Part shown: piece after piece, positions 24,793-31,466 of the stretch | Numbering within the stretch: the stretch's first letter is position 1 | Layout of the letters: the number at the start of each line of letters is the position of its first letter | Virus record (IMG/VR): IMGVR_UViG_3300045988_124089 | Length of the DNA stretch: 33,095 nt | DNA from: a virus | Reading direction: 5' to 3' (one strand) | Notes under the pieces: model-generated | The model's input: only the letters and a program-made list of their open reading frames with translations | What the model was told of the DNA's origin: nothing | Databases searched by the model: none | Program-made: the position numbers and the translations under genes

Positions 24793-24807
24793 AAGGAGGA
24801 TATGACT

Positions 24808-25206
24808 ATGTCTAGGTCTGCTATCTATACCGCCAATACCACCCCCACCGCTCTCGCGGTCGGCAGCATCATCCCCGTGGGAACCACGGTGCGCCGTTTC
24901 GGTAAGTGCATCCGGCAGGACGGCAACACCATCACGCTGGCCGGGCCCGGCTACTATCTGGTCAACGCCTCGGCCACCGTTGCACCCACCGCCGCCGGTA
25001 CGGTCTCCGTTACCGGCCAGAAGGACGGCGTCGCTGTGATTGGTGCCACTGCGGCCGCCACTACGACCGTAGCAGCCGAATCGGCAAATCTGTCGCTGGA
25101 TTTCATCGTCCTCAATGTCGGCTGCGGCAGTTCCATCCTGTCCTTTATGCTGGGCGGCGCAGATTCTACGGTCTCCAATCTGGCCGTGACCGTCACCAAG
25201 CTGTGA
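24808..25206 (+). CDS. Cargo cassette gene D: beta-rich protein, BclA-C-terminal/C1q-TNF-like pattern
   Basis: ATG 24808 lies 8 nt after GGAGG (alternative 24802). The pattern FGKCIRQDGNTITLAGPGYYLVNASATVAP..GTVSVTGQKDGVAVIG...LSLDFIV......SILSF resembles BclA-CTD-type jelly rolls. Recognition by eye only. Confidence 0.4.
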   Translation: MSRSAIYTANTTPTALAVGSIIPVGTTVRRFGKCIRQDGNTITLAGPGYYLVNASATVAPTAAGTVSVTGQKDGVAVIGATAAATTTVAAESANLSLDFIVLNVGCGSSILSFMLGGADSTVSNLAVTVTKL

Positions 25207-25219
25207 GGAGGTAACTGCC

Positions 25220-25729
25220 ATGTGTTACGATGATCTGCGTGCACGCATGTGCAAGGAGCTTCATGATATCGAGGAGCGGGGGACATTCTGCCGCTGTGAT
25301 CTCGACGACGCCCACAAGCTGATCGAGAGCATCTGCGGCCTCGACGCCATGTCTGCCCCCGCTGAAGAGCACCACAAGGCAGACAAGCACGAAACCGCCC
25401 ACGTTGAGCACGCCGCTCATCCGGCGCACCTCACCCTAGAGGACGCGAAGCGCTGGACGTCCAAAATGCAAAACGCCGACGGCACCACCGGATCACACTG
25501 GACGCCGGATCAGACTAGCGCCGTGATGTCTCAGCGCGGGCTGTCCTATGATAAGGCCGATTTTTACGCGGCCATGAATATGATGTACTCCGATTACTGC
25601 ACGATTGCCAAGTCCTACGGCATCGATACCGCGAACTTTTACGCAGACCTCGCCGCCGCCTTTCTGACGGACAAGGACGCCGTGCCCGGCAAGATCGTGG
25701 AGTACTGGGAGACTATCGCGAGCGACTGA
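25220..25729 (+). CDS. Cargo cassette gene E: hypothetical, Cys pairs at N-terminus, His-rich linker
   Basis: 169 aa with GAGGAGG RBS. MCYDDLRARMC...CRC...ICG, then EEHHKADKHETAHVEHAAHPAH, then a conserved-looking C-terminal domain (NMMYSDY...FLTDKDA). Confidence 0.6.
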   Translation: MCYDDLRARMCKELHDIEERGTFCRCDLDDAHKLIESICGLDAMSAPAEEHHKADKHETAHVEHAAHPAHLTLEDAKRWTSKMQNADGTTGSHWTPDQTSAVMSQRGLSYDKADFYAAMNMMYSDYCTIAKSYGIDTANFYADLAAAFLTDKDAVPGKIVEYWETIASD

Positions 25730-25736
25730 AGTGCTC

Positions 25737-25758
25737 TGACTACTTTTTGACTACTTTT
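25737..25758. repeat. attP arm-type repeat pair TGACTACTTTT x2 (left arm)
   Basis: Tandem 11-mers at 25737 and 25748. The same motif is repeated at 25933 and 25944. Confidence 0.6.
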
Positions 25759-25785
25759 CGCACGTCAAAAGCTGAGACTATACGT

Positions 25786-25805
25786 TAGTATCTGCTAGTA
25801 TCTGC
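25786..25805. repeat. Tandem TAGTATCTGC x2
   Basis: Direct reading. Lies inside the attP region. Confidence 0.7.
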
Positions 25806-25821
25806 AACTCAAAATAAATAC

Positions 25822-25866
25822 AAAAAAGCGCATGACTGCTAAAAATTCAGCAATCATGCGCTTTTT
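25822..25866. terminator. Bidirectional intrinsic terminator
   Basis: A-run, then GCGCATGA...TCATGCGC (8 bp, with inner TGCT/AGCA), then T-run. Separates the cargo cassette from attP/int. Confidence 0.75.
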
Positions 25867-25870
25867 CCTA

Positions 25871-25895
25871 TAGTTGCGCCAGCAGGAGTCGAACC
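25871..25895 (-). other. Candidate attP core: 3' fragment of a tRNA gene (T-loop, T-stem 3' strand, acceptor 3' strand)
   Basis: The reverse complement reads GGTTCGACTCC-TGC-TGGCGCA-A-CTA. The upstream half of the tRNA is absent (the T-stem 5' strand does not pair). Located about 60 bp from the integrase stop. Confidence 0.55.
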
Positions 25896-25932
25896 TTTTG
25901 CGCATATCGCTTTTTCGTCATTTTATTGTTTT

Positions 25933-25954
25933 TGACTACTTCTTGACTACTTTT
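25933..25954. repeat. attP arm-type repeat pair TGACTACTTCT/TGACTACTTTT (right arm)
   Basis: Same orientation as the left pair. Overlaps the integrase stop codon. Confidence 0.6.
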
Positions 25955-27092
25955 ATTTATCCTCATCATCATAAAATTTAATCATTTTTTCGGTGGCATC
26001 TTTTAGCTTGCGCTCTCGGATATGAGTATATATTTTGTACGTTGTCGAGATGTCCGCGTGACCCATGATCTTTTTTGCCTCCAGCACTCCAACACCGGCA
26101 TCGTATAAGTCCGACGCGAACGAGTGCCGGAACTGGTGAGCCGTAACGGTTGGCTCCATTACAGGCGGCAATGGATTTTTAGTCGCTTTTGGGCCTCGGC
26201 GGCTATCTCTGTATCTTGTCTTGCTCTCACTCGGCTGAACGAGTCCCAGCTTCGTGCAATACGCAAGCCATCGGCTGTGATACTCTGCATCGGTTAAGGG
26301 CCTTGCCATGCCACCGATGATATATTCTGTCGGCTTGCCCCGGCGCGGCTCTATCTCTCGCTTGAGATGGGGCATAAGCGGGATGACCCGGACGCCGTTA
26401 TTGGTTTTAGGGCCCTGTATTTTGACACCGCCACCTGACCATGACACTTTTTTGCTGACATAGATTTTGTTACTTTCGAAATCTATGTCCTCCCATCGGA
26501 GAGCAATCAGCTCACCCAGACGGCAGCCGGTGTACATCAGCATCCATGCGCACAGCCCGAACCCTTCGGGATGCGCCCGGAAAAGAGCAAGCTCCTTGTC
26601 TGTAGGCGGTTCCCGGATAGCCGCGGGCTTCCCGGCGGGGGACTTGATATCCTGCATCGGATTGTAAGATGATCCGCTTGCAAGCCGCCACCCCCGGAAA
26701 ATCCCTCGCAATATGCTGATCGTGTTCCGAATGCTGCTCGTTGATAACCCCTCATCTTTGAGAGACTGCCCGAAACTTACGATCATGACCGGCGTAATTT
26801 CATCCATCCGTTTGCCCGAAAAAAATTGGACGCAACGTTCATAGTTAGACCTATATGTTGAGTCCGTCCCGTCTATGATGCGTTTGAGCAGCTTGTCCCA
26901 ATAATCAGCAGCAACAATTTCAAAAAGCTCTGCCTTACTTTCGGCTTCCGCTTTTTGGATTAGTGCTTCTTTGTATTTTGCCTCTGCTTCAGATTTTGTT
27001 TTTCCGTAAAAAAAGCGATATTTTCCATCCGGCATCTTTCGCTTGATCTGACAGCGCCCATCCGGGCGCATCCCTTTACTTTTTCTCGGCAT
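25953..27092 (-). CDS. int: Tyrosine integrase/recombinase
   Basis: 379 aa. N-terminal SAM-like/arm-binding region, then catalytic motifs TGCRLGEL (R), HQFRHSFAS (HxxR) and GHADISTTYKIYTH (Y). Confidence 0.93.
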   Translation of the reverse strand: MPRKSKGMRPDGRCQIKRKMPDGKYRFFYGKTKSEAEAKYKEALIQKAEAESKAELFEIVAADYWDKLLKRIIDGTDSTYRSNYERCVQFFSGKRMDEITPVMIVSFGQSLKDEGLSTSSIRNTISILRGIFRGWRLASGSSYNPMQDIKSPAGKPAAIREPPTDKELALFRAHPEGFGLCAWMLMYTGCRLGELIALRWEDIDFESNKIYVSKKVSWSGGGVKIQGPKTNNGVRVIPLMPHLKREIEPRRGKPTEYIIGGMARPLTDAEYHSRWLAYCTKLGLVQPSESKTRYRDSRRGPKATKNPLPPVMEPTVTAHQFRHSFASDLYDAGVGVLEAKKIMGHADISTTYKIYTHIRERKLKDATEKMIKFYDDEDK

Positions 27093-27678
27093 CTCTATTC
27101 ACATCCCTCACTGAATACGCATCATCGCCCCGGCGGGCTGCCTCGGTGCCGCAGTCACGAGCTTGATACATGATCGGCATAATGGGCTGTATGCCGTTTG
27201 GGTCTGGATCCCGGTCATTGGCATGATCCAGCTCATAGTTGGTCCCAATGGTGGAGCATACGGCCACACGGTTCGCAAGCGTGGTGTGCAGGTTGGCAAG
27301 CACCTCGGTCAGGACGCCCAGCGGGTCAGACCCATGATCTCCATAGTAGAGGTATAGCCAACCATCCACCTCGTAATCGGACATATCATCCACCACTGCG
27401 TGCAGTATCTGCCGCTTTTCCTCGGTGGTGATGTCGTCTTCCAGATACTCCAACAGGCCCGGATGGATACAGGCGTCTGTGTACCGCTTGGCCGGGACAC
27501 CGCACGAAACGCACCAATTGATAATATCGGCCAGCGTGACAGGGGAGGTCCCTTGCTCTCTGCCCGCAATGGTCGGGCGGCTTACGCCCATCCGCTTGGC
27601 AAGCCTTTCTTGACTGATTCCTGCCTTTGCCCGCGCCATTTCCAGAGCTTTGGCAACTCGTTTGTCATATTCGTTCAT
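27076..27678 (-). CDS. XRE-family HTH regulator with unassigned ~130-aa C-terminal domain, co-transcribed with int
   Basis: ATG 27678 with AAGGGGTGG RBS (alternative GTG 27687). HTH AGISQERLAKRMGVSRPTIAGREQG. Its 3' end overlaps the int start by 17 nt. Confidence 0.7.
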   Translation of the reverse strand: MNEYDKRVAKALEMARAKAGISQERLAKRMGVSRPTIAGREQGTSPVTLADIINWCVSCGVPAKRYTDACIHPGLLEYLEDDITTEEKRQILHAVVDDMSDYEVDGWLYLYYGDHGSDPLGVLTEVLANLHTTLANRVAVCSTIGTNYELDHANDRDPDPNGIQPIMPIMYQARDCGTEAARRGDDAYSVRDVNRDAEKK

Positions 27679-27711
27679 AATTTCCACCCCTTTTTCGACA
27701 ATTCCTCCTTT

Positions 27712-27733
27712 ACAGGATTTTATAAAAATCTGT
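27712..27733. promoter_or_regulatory. Imperfect palindrome ACAGGATTTTA/TAAAAATCTGT (operator-like) in divergent intergenic region
   Basis: 22-bp near-palindrome (2 mismatches) between the - strand XRE/int operon and the + strand small genes. Confidence 0.35.
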
Positions 27734-27805
27734 ATTGGATATTTTACAGCAGCCTATGTTATAACAAAGTTGTCAAAAATAACCAGCATAGGAGGTAAAA
27801 AAATA

Positions 27806-27910
27806 ATGGCTGCTACTATGTATGTACCCGACGATATGGAGATCATCGACGGGATGCCCGCATCAAAACCAAAAGACCCGGATCGCGTCCGGGCCCCATG
27901 GGAGGAATGA
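27806..27910 (+). CDS. Small hypothetical protein (34 aa)
   Basis: GGAGG RBS 10 nt upstream. Coupled to the next ORF. Confidence 0.35.
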   Translation: MAATMYVPDDMEIIDGMPASKPKDPDRVRAPWEE

Positions 27911-27912
27911 CC

Positions 27913-28113
27913 ATGCCGACCGATACTATGATACTGGGATACGCCCGCAACCGTACCCTGAAGCTCATCTATGTACTCGCTAATTATGGAGCCGACGCCG
28001 AGGTCTACGACGAAATGCTGCGTCTCGCACAGCAAGCCCGCGACGACCTCGATGCCGGACGTGATCCGGCGGATCGGCTGGCCGATATCAACGGAACCAT
28101 TGTTGAACTATAA
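27913..28113 (+). CDS. Hypothetical protein
   Basis: ATG 27913 lies 7 nt after GGAGG (alternatives 27898/27907). 66 aa, helical. Confidence 0.45.
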   Translation: MPTDTMILGYARNRTLKLIYVLANYGADAEVYDEMLRLAQQARDDLDAGRDPADRLADINGTIVEL

Positions 28114-28126
28114 GGAGGATATTTCT

Positions 28127-28396
28127 ATGAGCACGAAAAAAACTGTTGAGATGATGAAAAAAGATTGCTTGGATGATGTCAGTCGTTGGCTTTCGGAGAT
28201 GGAAGCGCGCGGCATGACTACCGAAGAGCTCGACCTTCGTATCGATCTTCTTCGCGCCGTCAACCGCTACCTTACGGAGAATGCACCGGTAACTACTACG
28301 GGCTACAATCTTGAAAGCCTGTATCCCTTTCACGGCTTCCCGATGTTCGCCCCTCCTTCCGGGGGAGCAGGTCCCTTTCCGAGCTCCGAAAGCTGA
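28127..28396 (+). CDS. Hypothetical protein
   Basis: AAGGAGG RBS. 89 aa. Confidence 0.5.
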   Translation: MSTKKTVEMMKKDCLDDVSRWLSEMEARGMTTEELDLRIDLLRAVNRYLTENAPVTTTGYNLESLYPFHGFPMFAPPSGGAGPFPSSES

Positions 28397-28502
28397 TTGG
28401 ACATCGCTTCTTTTGGGCCTTATTTTCGGCGCTACCGCAAAAAAGTGGAGCCAAAACAACTAATTTCGTTTCCCCGTCGTCACCCGGCGGCGGGGTTTTC
28501 AT

Positions 28503-28519
28503 GTGTCCACAGTGGACAC
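28503..28519. repeat. Palindrome copy 5: GTGTCCA-CAG-TGGACAC (between convergent genes)
   Basis: Exact copy. Preceded by CACCCGGCGG, as is copy 2. Confidence 0.9.
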
Positions 28520-28525
28520 GTTCCA

Positions 28526-29158
28526 TCAATGGCACTTTTTGCAGGGGGTATAGCCTTCTGCTTCTGCTTGCGCAAGATCGACCTCTTTCGGGTCCTTCAT
28601 GCCGCTACAAGAAGAATTGCTGTGGTATTTCTTGCCGCCATTGGTGGGAATCCAGACCTTTTCACTGGTGGTCGGTGCGGCAGGGGCGGCGGCAGTCTGG
28701 GCGGAGCTGGATGCAACAGCAAGCGCTTTCTGCCCGGCGGCGCTCAGATCGGCGAACTCGTTGATCTTGTCGCCCATCTTGACGGCACCCGACTGGATGT
28801 CGAGGATCGGCATACCGTTCCCGGCCAGCTTGCCGGAGTAGGTGCCGTATAACGTCATCTGCTGGGCCGGAGCTGCTGCTTGGATAGCGGCAACGGTGGT
28901 TTTGCCGATTTGGATGTAATACACGCCATCGGCAGTGTCAAAACCGTACAGATTGCCCTCTTTGGTCGTCGTGACGGCGGTATAGTTGGGCTTGCCGGTG
29001 ATGGTGAGCTTCTGCCCGGCGGGCTGCTCATTGGCCTGAGCATAAGCAACGGCCTGATAAGTCTTGACGTCGGTCGCGGCCATTGCGACCGGGCAGGACA
29101 TGACGGTAAGAGCCAGCGCCAGAGCGGCGGCGGCAACGCGGATTTTTTGGATTCTCAT
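28526..29158 (-). CDS. Secreted or lipoprotein moron with C-terminal H/Cys motif
   Basis: Signal peptide MRIQKIRVAAAALALALTVMSCPVAMA, an Ala-rich linker, and the C-terminal sequence KYHSNSSCSGMKDP...GYTPCKKCH. AGGAG RBS. Confidence 0.6.
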   Translation of the reverse strand: MRIQKIRVAAAALALALTVMSCPVAMAATDVKTYQAVAYAQANEQPAGQKLTITGKPNYTAVTTTKEGNLYGFDTADGVYYIQIGKTTVAAIQAAAPAQQMTLYGTYSGKLAGNGMPILDIQSGAVKMGDKINEFADLSAAGQKALAVASSSAQTAAAPAAPTTSEKVWIPTNGGKKYHSNSSCSGMKDPKEVDLAQAEAEGYTPCKKCH

Positions 29159-29170
29159 AGCAATTCTCCT

Positions 29171-29368
29171 TTATCTCTTCTTTTTACCGCTGGTTTTCGT
29201 CCAACGGAGGCCGGTGCCGGGGATGGAAAACGTCACGCGATCCTGTCCCTTTGCGGTTTTTGTAAAACGCAAGCCGGGGATCCCCCAGCTAAAACCGACG
29301 CCGGACTTGCTGACGTTTACGCGCCCATGCTTGCCCAAACGGAGCGATTTGCGAAAACTGAATCCCAT
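29171..29368 (-). CDS. DUF4236-like small basic protein
   Basis: MGFSFRKSLRLGKHGRVNVSKSGVGFSWGIPGLRF...SIPGTGL matches the DUF4236 repeat pattern as remembered. The start is taken at the internal ATG with an RBS. Confidence 0.55.
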   Translation of the reverse strand: MGFSFRKSLRLGKHGRVNVSKSGVGFSWGIPGLRFTKTAKGQDRVTFSIPGTGLRWTKTSGKKKR

Positions 29369-29446
29369 TGAAATCCCTTCTTTCACAAATATGCACAAAA
29401 CGGTAAGGGCTGATTTGCCATTTTCTACAAGGTTACGTTGAAGCCC

Positions 29447-29475
29447 TTGCTTTTTCTCAAATGCAGTTGTAATAT
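29447..29475 (+). promoter_or_regulatory. Sigma-70-like promoter TTGCTT-17-TAATAT
   Basis: Hexamers at 29447-29452 and 29470-29475, upstream of small ORF 29511. Confidence 0.35.
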
Positions 29476-29510
29476 AAAGCCAAGAAATACAACAAAAAGG
29501 AGTGTTGCAG

Positions 29511-29621
29511 ATGACGGTTGAAGAATTCTTAGCTTATTTTCAAGATCACCCGGAACTAATCCAAGAGGCCCTGAAGCTTATGAGGGAAATCCAAGCTAAA
29601 AAAGATTCAGCCGTTGCCTGA
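29511..29621 (+). CDS. Small hypothetical ORF (36 aa) convergent with the repressor gene
   Basis: AAAGGAG RBS. MTVEEFLAYFQDHPELIQEALKLMREIQAKKDSAVA. Below the ORF-track size cut-off. Confidence 0.3.
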   Translation: MTVEEFLAYFQDHPELIQEALKLMREIQAKKDSAVA

Positions 29622-29933
29622 ATTTTTCTCTTTGGATTTCATCAGCGTCAAAATCGCGCTTCTTTCTTCAGGCGTCATCTTTTTGGCCAATTCTACAAAC
29701 TCTTTCATATCCTCATTGAGCTCGCCATCCCCGGCGGGCTCTTTTTTTGTGCCCATCAGCTCCTCGACGGTGATGCCGAAATAGTCGGCCAATTTTTTAA
29801 GAGTATCGTTTCTTGGGACGGCTCCGTTTTTCCATCCTGTGACCGACTTCGAAGTTTTTCCTATTTGCTTCGCAACATCGGTTTTTGATTTTCCAATTTT
29901 TTTGCAGTACATTACATAGTTTTCATAAAACAA
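29607..29933 (-). CDS. cI-like XRE-family repressor
   Basis: TTG start 6 nt after GGAGGT (the track ORF extends to 29957). HTH KSKTDVAKQIGKTSKSVTGWKNGAVPRNDTLKKLADYFGITVEELMG. Divergent from the cro-like gene. Confidence 0.8.
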   Translation of the reverse strand: MFYENYVMYCKKIGKSKTDVAKQIGKTSKSVTGWKNGAVPRNDTLKKLADYFGITVEELMGTKKEPAGDGELNEDMKEFVELAKKMTPEERSAILTLMKSKEKNSGNG

Positions 29934-29961
29934 AATATCACCTCCTTTTTTGTGCACATCT

Positions 29962-30020
29962 CCAAAACTCTTTGAAACTCTCTTTTTTCTCTTTACTTGG
30001 GAGTTTTAGAGAGTTATAAT
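29962..30020 (+). promoter_or_regulatory. Genetic-switch region: early promoter TTTACT-17-TATAAT with AAACTCT-type inverted repeats (operators)
   Basis: -35 at 29992-29997 and -10 at 30015-30020. AAAACTCTTTGAAACTCTC (29963-29981) is mirrored by GAGTTTTAGAGAGTT (30001-30015). Confidence 0.55.
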
Positions 30021-30157
30021 AATACCGTACTCAAGAGCGAGACCCCATCTCAGACCGCTTGAGTGCTCAAGGGTTTCTCCTAGAAAGCTGCTTTGCACAC
30101 ATACTGGATTACCCTACCGCGCGGGCGGGCTTCAGCCATGAGCCCGAACCGGCAAAA

Positions 30158-30180
30158 GGCGCTATCGTACAGCGCTTTTT
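30158..30180 (+). terminator. Weak intrinsic terminator inside the early leader
   Basis: GGCGCT-ATCGTAC-AGCGCT followed by TTTT, with an A-run upstream. Confidence 0.35.
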
Positions 30181-30340
30181 GCAGCCTTTCCCATTTTGAC
30201 CGTGGGAAAGGAAACAGCGTTGCCAAGCCGAAACAGACGTAATTAGATTTCCGCAAGTTTATTATAGCCCGTTTCCACTTGCTTGGCAATGTTTTATTAG
30301 CCTTTTTGGGAAACATTTTACACAAGCGAGGTGGAAAACG

Positions 30341-30529
30341 TTGCAGACAAGTTTCAGCGTCACATGGAAGGCGGAGGCCGTCAAGCAGCTTGCTTTGCGC
30401 GGCTGGACATATGAAGACCTTGCCCGCGAGACCGGGCTCAGCAGAAGCGTCATCAACCGGTATATGAGCGGAAATTATACGAACGATAATCCCCGGTCAC
30501 TGATCGATCGGGCTTTGGGGATGGGGTGA
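30341..30529 (+). CDS. Cro-like / early HTH regulator
   Basis: TTG start 6 nt after GAGGTGG. HTH WTYEDLARETGLSRSVINRYMSG. Confidence 0.55.
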   Translation: MQTSFSVTWKAEAVKQLALRGWTYEDLARETGLSRSVINRYMSGNYTNDNPRSLIDRALGMG

Positions 30530-30533
30530 GCGG

Positions 30534-30710
30534 ATGACAAGGAGCGCAATTTTTGCTTGTATGATGTGCTTTCTGGCGGGCGGCTGCCTGTGCGCGTTGG
30601 TGTTTATCGCCGCAATGAAGCCGCGCCGGGACGTGTTTGCCGGGTGGGTCGCCTATCTGCTCATCGTTTTCATGCTAGCCTATAAAATCGGAGGTGCGTT
30701 GATCTTATGA
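30534..30710 (+). CDS. Small membrane protein (58 aa, two hydrophobic segments)
   Basis: MTRSAIFACMMCFLAGGCLCALVFIAAMKPRRDVFAGWVAYLLIVFMLAYKIGGALIL. ATGA coupling to the next ORF. Confidence 0.45.
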   Translation: MTRSAIFACMMCFLAGGCLCALVFIAAMKPRRDVFAGWVAYLLIVFMLAYKIGGALIL

Positions 30711-30919
30711 CCTGTTACATATTTGCAGACCTGATGGTCATGTTTGGCCGGGACGCCTACCACGCCCAGATGACCGAGACGTTGCTGCTGGTGTTCCTGC
30801 TGACCCCGCTGGTGATCGGCGGACCGTATTTGCTGGCCCAGTGGGACAAGTTCAAGCGGGAAGACAACGCCCGGCGGCGTGCCGCTTTCCGGCGGCGCAT
30901 GGAAAGGACGGCGCGGTGA
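30707..30919 (+). CDS. Small membrane protein with basic C-terminus
   Basis: 70-aa ORF with hydrophobic segments followed by an RR-rich tail. Confidence 0.5.
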   Translation: MTCYIFADLMVMFGRDAYHAQMTETLLLVFLLTPLVIGGPYLLAQWDKFKREDNARRRAAFRRRMERTAR

Positions 30920-30920
30920 T

Positions 30921-31232
30921 ATGCTCATCATGAACAAAAAGCACGACTCCATTATCAATGCCGCACAGTGTTCCAGCATCTACATCGGCCCTGAATTTGA
31001 GCTAAAAGCAGTTCCTTCTGGTGGCGGAAACATCTACCGTCTCGGAATATACGAAACCGAGTCAATTGCCAGAGCCGTGCTTAATGATTTGCTGACTCAC
31101 AGCATATCGGGCTCTACCTATCAGATGCCCGATGACAAGAGAGCTCTTATTCTCGCGCGCGGAATGGACGACGATAAGCCGGATAAGTTTTCCGGAAATG
31201 GTAAAAAGACAGTTCGGAGGGGTGGGTCGTGA
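30921..31232 (+). CDS. Hypothetical early protein
   Basis: ATG 30921 (or 30930) within track ORF 30879-31232. Confidence 0.45.
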   Translation: MLIMNKKHDSIINAAQCSSIYIGPEFELKAVPSGGGNIYRLGIYETESIARAVLNDLLTHSISGSTYQMPDDKRALILARGMDDDKPDKFSGNGKKTVRRGGS

Positions 31233-31465
31233 TTCTTCCGATTGTAAACCCGGAAATCAAGGCTGGCGATGTGTTTGTTGGAACGATCAATGGTTCGCGA
31301 CTAGAAGTTTGTGAAATAAAAGAGAAAGGCTGCTATTGCTCTCCCGCTGGACGAATGATTGAACGCAAGGAACCGCTTGTACATATCAAGGACTTGAAAA
31401 CCGGAAAGATTTTCGAGACGAACCTTATAACTGCGCAAACTCTGCTCATAAAAAAGGAGTCTTGA
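31229..31465 (+). CDS. Hypothetical early protein
   Basis: GTG start after GGAGGGG, overlapping the upstream stop. Confidence 0.45.
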   Translation: MILPIVNPEIKAGDVFVGTINGSRLEVCEIKEKGCYCSPAGRMIERKEPLVHIKDLKTGKIFETNLITAQTLLIKKES

Positions 31466-31466
31466 T

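Noticed and set aside
25871-25950. Complete tRNA gene on the minus strand next to the integrase
   Set aside because: Only the T-loop, the 3' T-stem strand and the 3' acceptor strand are present. The sequence that should form the T-stem 5' strand (AAAGG) does not pair, and no D or anticodon arms follow. It is interpreted as the attP core fragment.
27702-27709. Strong AAGGAGG on the minus strand upstream of the XRE/int operon as the true RBS of that gene
   Set aside because: It is followed by an 8-codon out-of-frame mini-ORF (TTG...TGA). The XRE frame starts further downstream at ATG 27678 with its own AAGGGGTGG RBS. It is kept only as a possible leader peptide curiosity.
30080-30325. 81-aa minus-strand ORF in the early leader
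   Set aside because: It has no Shine-Dalgarno sequence upstream. Its sequence is basic and low-complexity, and it is built largely from the complementary strands of the leader hairpins. The region is more plausibly non-coding.
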